Virus record (IMG/VR): IMGVR_UViG_3300011008_000043
Location: 1-64,000 of that record
Length of the DNA stretch: 64,000 bases
Source of the DNA: a virus
Lineage: Duplodnaviria; Caudoviricetes
Strand: one strand, 5' to 3'
The translations under genes were made by a program, and so were the position numbers. The first letter of the stretch is position 1. Each line of letters begins with the position of its first letter. Shown here piece after piece: positions 56,275 through 64,000 of the stretch. The notes below the pieces were generated by a model, which searched no databases, had not been told where the DNA came from, and worked only from the letters and a program-made list of their open reading frames with translations.

Positions 56275-59200
56275 GTGGCGAAGGACATTAAGCAGACCTT
56301 GGACGGGTGGATAGACTATTCCAGCCCGAAACTCGGCACTTTCCTTACGCGGACTTGGAAGAATCAGCAACAGGCGTTGACGTACAAGGAAATCCGCGAG
56401 GCCATTCAAAACGGACAGCTCGACATATCCTACCTGAGCCAATGGAGGCAGGATTACAGCAAGTTCATAATCAACGGATACGCGCCACTGGCCCAGCAGG
56501 CCATAGACAACAGCGTGAAGGCGGTCACCTCACAGTTTGGAGTCGGCGCGAAGATTCTACAGAACCAATACATCGACAATTTCATCAGCAGCAGAGGCGG
56601 CAAGCTCATACGCGAGGTTACGCAAGAGCAGTACAAGGCGATCAACGTACTGGTACGGCAGGCAACCATGAGCGAGGGCATGGACGTTCAAGAACTGGCG
56701 AAAGCGATAAGGCCCACGGTGGGCCTGACACAAAGACAGAGCATGGCAGCGTTTCACCGGTACGAGCAGGCGAAGAAAGACGGATACTCGGAGGATGAAG
56801 CGCGACAGCAGCAGGCAGCATACGCGGAGAAGCTGCACCGGCAGAGAGCGGAAACCATAGCCATAACGGAAATGGCATACGCTTACAACTACGGGCAGCA
56901 GGCATATATGGAACAGTGCATTAAGGACGGCACAATCGGAGGATGCCAGAAGGAATGGATAACGGCATTAGACGAAAGAGTGTGCGACATCTGCGGAAGC
57001 CTCGACAAGAAAGTTGTGGAAATGGATGAGGATTTCATAGCGGGCGGGATTACGGTACCGGTACCACCGGCGCACCCCCGGTGCAGATGCGTTTGCAATT
57101 ATGTCAACGTTCTGCCGCCTGCCGATTGGGTGGATACATCAATAAACACTCAGAGCAGCGCAGCCCCGGACGATGTGGAGATACCGGACGATTTCGACTG
57201 GTCAAAAACCGGAATGGATTACAAAGGACTTGCGCATCTTGGCGGCACGGGCGAAATGCACATCGTCGAAGACTCCCCGAGCGGAGAAGAATTCCTGTTC
57301 AAACCGGCTCAATCAAAGAATGGCACAGAAGAGGATTTCCGAGCGTATGTGCAGGAAGCTGGATACAAGGTTCAGGGCATTATCGACCCGGACAGCGCGG
57401 TCGTCGTCGGAACCGGATACGTGGACATACCGGGACGCGGCAACACGTTCGGCGCGGCGCAGCTCCGCATCCAGAACGTAGACGGAACGTTCGACCTCGA
57501 AGCGTGGCAGCTCCACGGCGGGACACTCGACCCGAATATAGTGGCGCAGCTACAGCGGGAAAATGTTACGGACTGGCTGCTGGGGAATTACGACTGCCAC
57601 GGCAGGAATTTTGTGCTGACGACAGACGGACGGCTGATCGGAGTAGACAAAGAACAGTCTTTCCGGTACATCAACGCGAGCGGCGCACAGACAATGAGCC
57701 TGAATTATCACCCGAACTCGATTTACCATGAGACGGAGCCGGTCTACAACACACTGTACAGACGGTTCGCCAATGGGGAGATCGACATAAAGCTCAACGA
57801 TACGCTGGCGTACATTAAGCGTATCGAGGCTGTATCGGACGCGGATTACAGGGAGATATTCAGACCTTACGCGGAAGCCTTGAAGGGCAAAGGGCCGAGT
57901 GCGGAGCTGCTACTTGACCAGATTGTAAGCAGGAAGCAGAACGTGCGAGCGACCTTTGAGAACTTCTATAGCGAGCTGCTTACCCAGCGCAAAGGGACGA
58001 AAGTGCAATTCCAGTTCGCAGACAACGGACAGAGCTTGATGTATCAGGCGAAATCCCCGCTGACAAACACGTTCTCGGTGGCAACGCTGAAAACGATGAA
58101 GTTGGCAGACCTTCACCAGCTCGCGAAGGCGCAAGGGATTAAGAACTTCGGGATTATGCACAAAGACGAAATCATCACCTGTCTGAGCGACCCGAGTAAG
58201 ATTCAGCAAATCCACGACACGGCGACAGAGCGAGCGCGGCTGATTGGACAGGCCCGAAAGACAAAGCAAACCGGGCAGGCCGGAAACGCGAGAACGCTGG
58301 AAGGCATTCCGCAGGTATCCGACGCGATAAAGAACCCGGATGCGGTTTTACAGACGGCAGGCCCGCGAGGCGTAGCGCTAATTGGTGATGCGACCGCGCT
58401 TGAGGGCATGGAAGCCACGATGCGAAGGGTGAGCATCGACGGAGAAGAATACATCGAGCTAACAGGCAAGATGACGCAGACCCGGTGGGAGCAAGCCCTG
58501 AACAACATGAACTCTTCCCAGAGTGGTTCATACTGGCGGTACAATCAGGGAGTCGGGAACATTGATTATACGCAGCCGGTTCTCAACCTGAGCAGCGGAA
58601 CGGAGAAGATCAGCCTCGGAACCCGATACATCAGGAACGGCGACGATATTCTCATTGTCGCAGGCTCAGACGCAGCGAGTAGCCAGCGGGCATTGATGGG
58701 GCAGTTTAACATCCGCGTAAAGGCAGGCCCGGACGCGGGCATGAGAATACAGGCCCTAATCAATCAGGCCGGAATCGGAGACGTGACAGCAGAGGCGACA
58801 GTGGACGCACTGGACAAATACAAAAAAATGCGCCTGCTGTGGCAGACAGACCCTAAGACGGCGACCGGGCTTGACCCGACGACGGTCACAGATACGCAAC
58901 TGACACTCGCGCTAAACCGCGCAGGAATCACTCAGGCACGAATAGACGCGGTGAAGGTAAAGCAGATTCAGGAAGGTTACTGGACGCTGGTTGACCCGGA
59001 AAACAAAGCCATTGCGGACAGAACCGGCGTAGCCTACATTTACCACCAGATTTTCGATGAAAGCGCGGTGGCCCCGGTGCTGAAAAGCGGTGAGTTGCTT
59101 GCTACTACAAACCGCTGGAACAGAGGAATCGTGAACAGCGGAATGAGCAGCAGCACGGACGTGCGGACGGGCGGCGCGGACAGCGTTTTCACGCGAGTTG

Positions 59201-59574
59201 TATTCAAAGACCATATAGGGACTGACACGCTGTACAGCAGCCATGCCGTGACATTCGTGTTTGACAAAGACATTCTTGAAAGAACGGACTGGTACGCATA
59301 CGGCAGAGACACCTACGGAAAAACGGACGATTACAATATGTCCAGCAGGCGTGGAACGGAAGAGTTCTTAAACAAGCTGAAGAACAGCTACAACGGCAGC
59401 AACGAAATCATGTTCCGCAAGACAGTGCCGCTGATGAAAGACCTGAAGGAAATCCGCGTAAGAACAGACTACGACAGGCAATCTTTGCTGGATAGCTTGA
59501 AGCAGGAAGGCATTACGCGGTACAATGGAGTCATAATAGAAGACTTCGTGAAGGTAGGAGGCGGGAAGCTGTGA
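56275..59574 (+). CDS. MuF/SPP1-gp7 head morphogenesis protein fused to kinase-like, Rho-N-like and putative ADP-ribosyltransferase-like domains
   Basis: MuF end 'RAETIAITE...KEWIT..DERVCDIC...PPAHPRCRC'. Kinase-like 'FLFKP...DWLLGNYDCHGRNF...VDKE'. HeH/Rho-N 'MKLADLHQLAKAQGIK...KDEII'. C-terminal 'YH...GGADSVFTR...NEIMF'. Confidence 0.8.
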   Translation: MAKDIKQTLDGWIDYSSPKLGTFLTRTWKNQQQALTYKEIREAIQNGQLDISYLSQWRQDYSKFIINGYAPLAQQAIDNSVKAVTSQFGVGAKILQNQYIDNFISSRGGKLIREVTQEQYKAINVLVRQATMSEGMDVQELAKAIRPTVGLTQRQSMAAFHRYEQAKKDGYSEDEARQQQAAYAEKLHRQRAETIAITEMAYAYNYGQQAYMEQCIKDGTIGGCQKEWITALDERVCDICGSLDKKVVEMDEDFIAGGITVPVPPAHPRCRCVCNYVNVLPPADWVDTSINTQSSAAPDDVEIPDDFDWSKTGMDYKGLAHLGGTGEMHIVEDSPSGEEFLFKPAQSKNGTEEDFRAYVQEAGYKVQGIIDPDSAVVVGTGYVDIPGRGNTFGAAQLRIQNVDGTFDLEAWQLHGGTLDPNIVAQLQRENVTDWLLGNYDCHGRNFVLTTDGRLIGVDKEQSFRYINASGAQTMSLNYHPNSIYHETEPVYNTLYRRFANGEIDIKLNDTLAYIKRIEAVSDADYREIFRPYAEALKGKGPSAELLLDQIVSRKQNVRATFENFYSELLTQRKGTKVQFQFADNGQSLMYQAKSPLTNTFSVATLKTMKLADLHQLAKAQGIKNFGIMHKDEIITCLSDPSKIQQIHDTATERARLIGQARKTKQTGQAGNARTLEGIPQVSDAIKNPDAVLQTAGPRGVALIGDATALEGMEATMRRVSIDGEEYIELTGKMTQTRWEQALNNMNSSQSGSYWRYNQGVGNIDYTQPVLNLSSGTEKISLGTRYIRNGDDILIVAGSDAASSQRALMGQFNIRVKAGPDAGMRIQALINQAGIGDVTAEATVDALDKYKKMRLLWQTDPKTATGLDPTTVTDTQLTLALNRAGITQARIDAVKVKQIQEGYWTLVDPENKAIADRTGVAYIYHQIFDESAVAPVLKSGELLATTNRWNRGIVNSGMSSSTDVRTGGADSVFTRVVFKDHIGTDTLYSSHAVTFVFDKDILERTDWYAYGRDTYGKTDDYNMSSRRGTEEFLNKLKNSYNGSNEIMFRKTVPLMKDLKEIRVRTDYDRQSLLDSLKQEGITRYNGVIIEDFVKVGGGKL

Positions 59575-59918
59575 GCATGGACTACAGGAAGACCTACAGA
59601 GTCGCCATAGACGACGGAGCAGGCACGATGACGGATTTCGCTATCAGGACGGAACTCCTGAAGGACGGGAAGCGCGAATACATAAGGTATTACAACTTCG
59701 AGCGCGAACACGTTTTCTACGGGAGGCTGAAAAAGCAGACGAAAGACGGATTCGTGTTTAAGACAGCAGAGAACGGATGGACACTGACGTTTGCAGAATT
59801 GACGTTGCAGGACTTTAACGACAACATCAGGCCGAATCTACCGCAGGAAGTCAGCGAAATGCTGGTAGACCTTGATGACGTTTACACATGGCTGAGACAA
59901 CAGGCCAAAATCAACTGA
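59571..59918 (+). CDS. Small protein coupled to the MuF fusion (candidate immunity protein)
   Basis: 4-nt overlap with the MuF stop, followed by a terminator. Confidence 0.5.
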   Translation: MSMDYRKTYRVAIDDGAGTMTDFAIRTELLKDGKREYIRYYNFEREHVFYGRLKKQTKDGFVFKTAENGWTLTFAELTLQDFNDNIRPNLPQEVSEMLVDLDDVYTWLRQQAKIN

Positions 59919-59921
59919 AAC

Positions 59922-59950
59922 AAAGCCCCCGCGAGCGCGGCGGGCTTTTT
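59922..59950 (+). terminator. Intrinsic terminator
   Basis: AAAGCCC-CCGC-GAGC-GCGG-CGGGCTTT followed by TT. Confidence 0.75.
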
Positions 59951-59952
59951 AC

Positions 59953-60453
59953 ATGGAGGAAAGAGCGATGAAAGATCACAGCTTTGAGACCTTTTACAAA
60001 CAGCAACCACGGGCAGACCCCGGACAGAAACAGCTCTTCTCCGTCGCGAAAGCGGATGAAGAGCGTCACATGGTTTTTGGATGGGCCAGTGTAGCAACCC
60101 TCGCGGACGGCTCTACGGTCGAGGATTACCAGAAGGACATTCTCGACATCGACGAACTGGAAGAAGCCGTATACCAGTACGTGCTATATTTCCGGGACGG
60201 CGGCGAAATGCACCAACGGCGCGGAGTAGGCGTGTTGGTCGAGAGTGTGGTATTTACCCCGGCAAAGCTGGAAGCAATGGGCATCCCGGAAGGGACGCTG
60301 CCGAACGGCTGGTGGCTGGGGCTGAAGATCACAGATGATGATGTATGGGCAAAGGTGAAGGACGGAACCTACACCATGTTCAGCATCGAGGGCGAAGCTA
60401 CGCGGGAACCTGTAGAAGAAGAGACGGAGGAAAATGCCGATGAGCAAGAGTAA
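59953..60453 (+). CDS. XkdF-like prohead serine protease
   Basis: 'ADEERHMVFGWA', 'D..D.DELEEA..Y', 'EMHQ', 'GWW.G.KI.DDDVWAKVKDG...FSIEG'. Confidence 0.85.
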   Translation: MEERAMKDHSFETFYKQQPRADPGQKQLFSVAKADEERHMVFGWASVATLADGSTVEDYQKDILDIDELEEAVYQYVLYFRDGGEMHQRRGVGVLVESVVFTPAKLEAMGIPEGTLPNGWWLGLKITDDDVWAKVKDGTYTMFSIEGEATREPVEEETEENADEQE

Positions 60454-61621
60454 GAAGCCTACCGTCCTTCGGAATCTGAACATCAAGAGCGTGAGCGTGG
60501 TCGATCAGGGCGCGAATCAACACGCGCACATCAAGCTCGCAAAACGGGCCGATGAAGAGGCCCCGGAAGTGAACACGGAAGAGAAGCCGGTCGAAAATGA
60601 CACGGCTTTTTTCGCGCGTCTGGGGCAGGCTGTTGCGAAGATGTTCAGGATGAATCCGAGAGAGACGGAAGAAGTCGAAAAGGAAGCGAGATCGTTCGCT
60701 ACCATCGACGGAACCCGAAAGACCTACGAGCGGATATACCGCATCAGCGATGCGCTGGGCGACAGTCTCCGCTCCATTGTATCGGACGAAGAGCTGAACG
60801 ATGAACAGAAGGCTGCTATGATCGTAGAGACGGCAGATCAGGCCGCGAAGGCGATCAAAACAGATATAGCCGCGATGTTTAACGGGACGGCGGCGGTCAC
60901 AAAGGGAGAAGCGGACGACAACGGCGAAAAAGGAGTAGGTGAAACGCCAAATCCTGAAGCTCCCGCAACAGACCCGGCCCCGGAAAGCAACCCGGCAGAA
61001 AACACGGCAGCGGAAAACCCCGTTGCAGAATCCAACATTGAGAAGGGAGAAACTGACATGAAATTCAACATGGAAGCCATGACCCCGGAAGAGCGGGCGC
61101 AGCTCGAAGACCTGCAGAAGCGTTTCGGTGTCGAAGAAGAAGCTCCTGCGGCTCCTGCCGCTGCTCCCGCTGACCAGAATGAAGGCGCGGGGGATGGAGA
61201 CGTTTTCAAGGGCCTGCATCCCGCTGTGAAAGCGGAGATCGAGAGCCTGCGGAAGTTCCGCGAAGAGACGGAAGAGCGCGAGCTGATGGAGATCGCGAAG
61301 CGGTACACCATTATCGGGAAGAAGCCGGAAGAGCTGGCCCCGGTGCTGAAGAGCCTGAAGGCCGCTGGCGGTACCGCGTTTGCGGATATGATCGCCATGC
61401 TGGACAGCACGAAGGAAACCGTCGAGAAGAGCGGCGTGTTTGGGGAGATCGGCAAGCGCGGCAACGTCGCCAGCAACGCGGATGACGCGTGGGGACGGAT
61501 TGAGGCCGCTGCGGATGAAATCCTGAAGAGCAATGCCAACATCACCCGGGCGCAGGCCATTGAGAAGGCGTGCGATGTGCACCCCGATCTGGTGGCCGAA
61601 TACGAAAACAGCCGGAAGTAA
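60434..61621 (+). CDS. Capsid scaffolding protein
   Basis: 'LRNLNIKSVSVVDQGAN' N-terminus, acidic/Pro-rich linker, helical C-terminus; lies between protease and capsid genes. Confidence 0.7.
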   Translation: MPMSKSKKPTVLRNLNIKSVSVVDQGANQHAHIKLAKRADEEAPEVNTEEKPVENDTAFFARLGQAVAKMFRMNPRETEEVEKEARSFATIDGTRKTYERIYRISDALGDSLRSIVSDEELNDEQKAAMIVETADQAAKAIKTDIAAMFNGTAAVTKGEADDNGEKGVGETPNPEAPATDPAPESNPAENTAAENPVAESNIEKGETDMKFNMEAMTPEERAQLEDLQKRFGVEEEAPAAPAAAPADQNEGAGDGDVFKGLHPAVKAEIESLRKFREETEERELMEIAKRYTIIGKKPEELAPVLKSLKAAGGTAFADMIAMLDSTKETVEKSGVFGEIGKRGNVASNADDAWGRIEAAADEILKSNANITRAQAIEKACDVHPDLVAEYENSRK

Positions 61622-61645
61622 GAACCGGCAGAAGGGAGAATAACC

Positions 61646-62035
61646 ATGTACCTGACTCATGCAATCAATGACAGCGGCGTTATCTACGGAGAAGCCGCTG
61701 CGGCCCTGACGGCCCCGGCGATGAAGGCGGTGGCCTTCGACAGCAACGGGAAGATCATTCTTCCTGCGAACTCAGGCGACCTTGCCATCGGCATCGTGCT
61801 TGCGGACGCGGCAGACATTGCCGCTGGCGGGCGGGTGAACGTGCAGATCAAGGATATCTGCTACGCGCTGGCTGGAGAAACCATCAAGCGCGGCGACCTG
61901 CTGATGGCTCATACGGACGGCAGCGTCAAGAAGGCCACAGCAGGCAAATGCGTACTCGGAATCGCGCTGGGTGACGGAGCTTCCGGCAAACCCGTCGAGA
62001 TGATGATTATGCACGACAGACTGCCTGCGGAATAA
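61646..62035 (+). CDS. Capsid decoration/cement protein (DUF2190-like)
   Basis: 'AGETIKRGDLL...DG...A..G...GIAL..A..G' pattern. Confidence 0.72.
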   Translation: MYLTHAINDSGVIYGEAAAALTAPAMKAVAFDSNGKIILPANSGDLAIGIVLADAADIAAGGRVNVQIKDICYALAGETIKRGDLLMAHTDGSVKKATAGKCVLGIALGDGASGKPVEMMIMHDRLPAE

Positions 62036-62058
62036 TCTGAAGAAGGGAGAACAAACAA

Positions 62059-63081
62059 ATGAACGCGAAAACCAATGCGTCCATCCAGAAGGCCCTGAGC
62101 AATGGATGGAAGCCGAACATGTACCTCACCAACATGAGCGTCGCGCACTTCCAGCCCGATGACTGGTTCGTGTCCCCGTTCATTTTTCCGATGCTGCCCG
62201 TGGCTCTGAGCAACGGCCTGTACAAGGTTTTTGACAAGGGCGATCTGGCGCGGGACAACATGGCCCGGAAGCCGGAATTCGGCAAGGTCACTCCGATGCT
62301 GTTCGGAAGCGACGAACAGCCCTATTCCTGCGAAGTCGATCAGGTCATCATCGGCCTTGACCAGATTGCGACGCTGGACTACCAGCGCAGCGCGAATCCG
62401 GGAATCACTGACCCCCGGAAGGCGAAAGTCCGGCTGGCGACAGAGCAGGCGAAGCTGCACATGGATGTGCTGTTTGCCAACGGCTACTTCAAGAGCGGCA
62501 TTTGGACGAATGAGTGGACTGGCGTTGCCTCCAACCCCTCTACGTCCCAGTTCATGCATTTCGATGACGCGAATTTCGACCCCATCAACTTCTTCGGCGC
62601 ACGGCGCGTAGAAATGATGAAGAACGGACGGCGCAAGCCCAATGTGCTGGCGCTGGGCGTTGAGGCCTATGAAGGCCTGAAGCAGAACCCGGACATCCTT
62701 GACCGGGTGAAGTATTCTGGCTCCACGGCGAATCCCGCTACGATCAACACGAATGTGCTGGCGCAGCTGCTGGAAATCGACCGCGTTGTTGTGCTGAACA
62801 GCGTGTACAACAAGGGCGCATACGGAACGACCAATATGGACTTCGTGTGCGACAGCAAGGGCGCACTGCTGGCCTATGCCGCCCCGAATCCCGCGATTGA
62901 TGAAGCGTCCGCAGGATACACCATCACGTGGGATATGCTGGGAACCGGCAACTATCTGGTGTTCGACCAGTGGGAAGGCGAGAACGGCACTCATACCGAG
63001 TTCATTGAAGCGCTGATGAGCTGCACCCCGAAGAAGGTGTGCGACGAACTTGGCGTGTACATGACCGGTTGCGTGGCCTGA
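62059..63081 (+). CDS. Major capsid protein
   Basis: 340 aa; 'YLTNMSVA', 'IFPMLPV', 'RKPNVLALG...LKQNP.I.DRVKY' (major capsid E-like). Confidence 0.85.
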   Translation: MNAKTNASIQKALSNGWKPNMYLTNMSVAHFQPDDWFVSPFIFPMLPVALSNGLYKVFDKGDLARDNMARKPEFGKVTPMLFGSDEQPYSCEVDQVIIGLDQIATLDYQRSANPGITDPRKAKVRLATEQAKLHMDVLFANGYFKSGIWTNEWTGVASNPSTSQFMHFDDANFDPINFFGARRVEMMKNGRRKPNVLALGVEAYEGLKQNPDILDRVKYSGSTANPATINTNVLAQLLEIDRVVVLNSVYNKGAYGTTNMDFVCDSKGALLAYAAPNPAIDEASAGYTITWDMLGTGNYLVFDQWEGENGTHTEFIEALMSCTPKKVCDELGVYMTGCVA

Positions 63082-63368
63082 TAAAGACCGTTGACAGCTC
63101 CGCGCTACAAGCGCAGCCGCATGAGTCCTATCACCTCCCTCATGGGTGATGCCCTCGCCGGAAGGAACGCGTTATTGCTGCCGCACCAGTGACACGATTA
63201 TAGAACGGGAGACAGCCTGACCAACTGTCTCCCGTTTGACTGACGGCGCAAAGGGTATCTAACGGAGCGTATCGCCTGTGAGGTTTGAATCCTTGCGTAC
63301 CACGCGGGGGACAAGTAGAACACACGGGCAAAGAAAAAACTATCTTTCAGTAAAAGGGGGAGAAAACA

Positions 63369-63647
63369 GTGTACACAGCAGAAAAGCCAATCAAGCTGAA
63401 TGGCAAGGCCTATCCCGTAGGCGCGGAGGTTCCCGAAACAGAGATCAACCCCGGAAGGGTGAAATCTCTGTTGAAATACGGGATACTTAAATTTGCGCCA
63501 GAAATGGCCTCAGCAGCTCCGCCAACGGCGAGCGGGACGAACACCCGCACAGAGACAAAAGAGGGCGCAGAAGCTGTTAAACAGCCGTTAAATGGCACAA
63601 AGAAACCGGCAGTCAGGAAGCAGCCCGTGAAGAAGGGCGGGAAGTAA
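63369..63647 (+). CDS. Small head-associated protein
   Basis: 'IKLNGKAYPVGAEV' motif typical of genes after the capsid gene; GTG start. Confidence 0.6.
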   Translation: MYTAEKPIKLNGKAYPVGAEVPETEINPGRVKSLLKYGILKFAPEMASAAPPTASGTNTRTETKEGAEAVKQPLNGTKKPAVRKQPVKKGGK

Positions 63648-63648
63648 G

Positions 63649-64000
63649 ATGGCATATACTTACAACCCGGAAGAAATAGCGGTGGAGAGCGTGAGCCGTG
63701 CGAGGTTCGAGCTTGGAGATATCGCAGTAGCGGGTGGAGCAGAAAGCTGTTACCTGTCAGACGAAGAGATTTCAGCGATATTGAATGACAGTACCACGAC
63801 GCGGTGGAAGAGGAAACTTTTCCGGCTGGCAGACGCGGTGTGCATGAGATTGAGCTACGAAACGAACTGGAAGAATGACGGAACGTCGTTCGACCTTTCC
63901 CAGAGGGCAGACCGCTGGATGGCGTTGAGAGACAGGCTGAAGAAGGAAGCAGACACTGAAGCGAGCCTACCGGCATCGAGCGCGGTACAAGAAAGCCTCA
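63649..64000 (+). CDS. Head-tail connector protein, truncated by the window end
   Basis: ATG GCA TAT ACT TAC AAC...; 'RFELGD...LSDEEI' connector motif; open to base 64000. Confidence 0.7.
   Translation, partial: MAYTYNPEEIAVESVSRARFELGDIAVAGGAESCYLSDEEISAILNDSTTTRWKRKLFRLADAVCMRLSYETNWKNDGTSFDLSQRADRWMALRDRLKKEADTEASLPASSAVQESL

Noticed and set aside
63245-63302. Complete tRNA downstream of the capsid gene
   Set aside because: About 58 nt long with no convincing D or anticodon arms. Kept only as a low-confidence structured element.
1-64000. Alternative genetic code (stop-codon reassignment)
   Set aside because: Conserved genes (terminase, portal, capsid, helicase, RT) are full length under the standard bacterial code, and TAA, TAG and TGA all serve as stops.

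Overview
This window is most of a temperate Bacillota (Clostridia-like) phage genome with a contractile, PBSX/Xkd-type tail. It is circularly permuted: tape measure and baseplate, a diversity-generating retroelement (DGR), lysis genes, two promoter-duplicated accessory modules, an attP (3' half of tRNA-Pro), integrase and repressor, recombination/replication genes, a putative DNA/virion modification cluster with one radical SAM gene split by a 1766-bp IS, terminase, portal, an 1099-aa MuF fusion and head genes. The standout observation is that the DGR template repeat (TR) is interrupted by a compact 199-nt group I intron (12607-12805) with an Azoarcus/IC3-like core. Removing it at canonical U|...G| splice sites restores a 121-nt TR that aligns without gaps to the variable repeat (VR, 11967-12087) of the tail adhesin. 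All 16 mismatches fall at TR adenines, 8 on each side of the intron. This suggests hypermutation that depends on ribozyme splicing. All family assignments come from motif recognition by eye; no database search was run.
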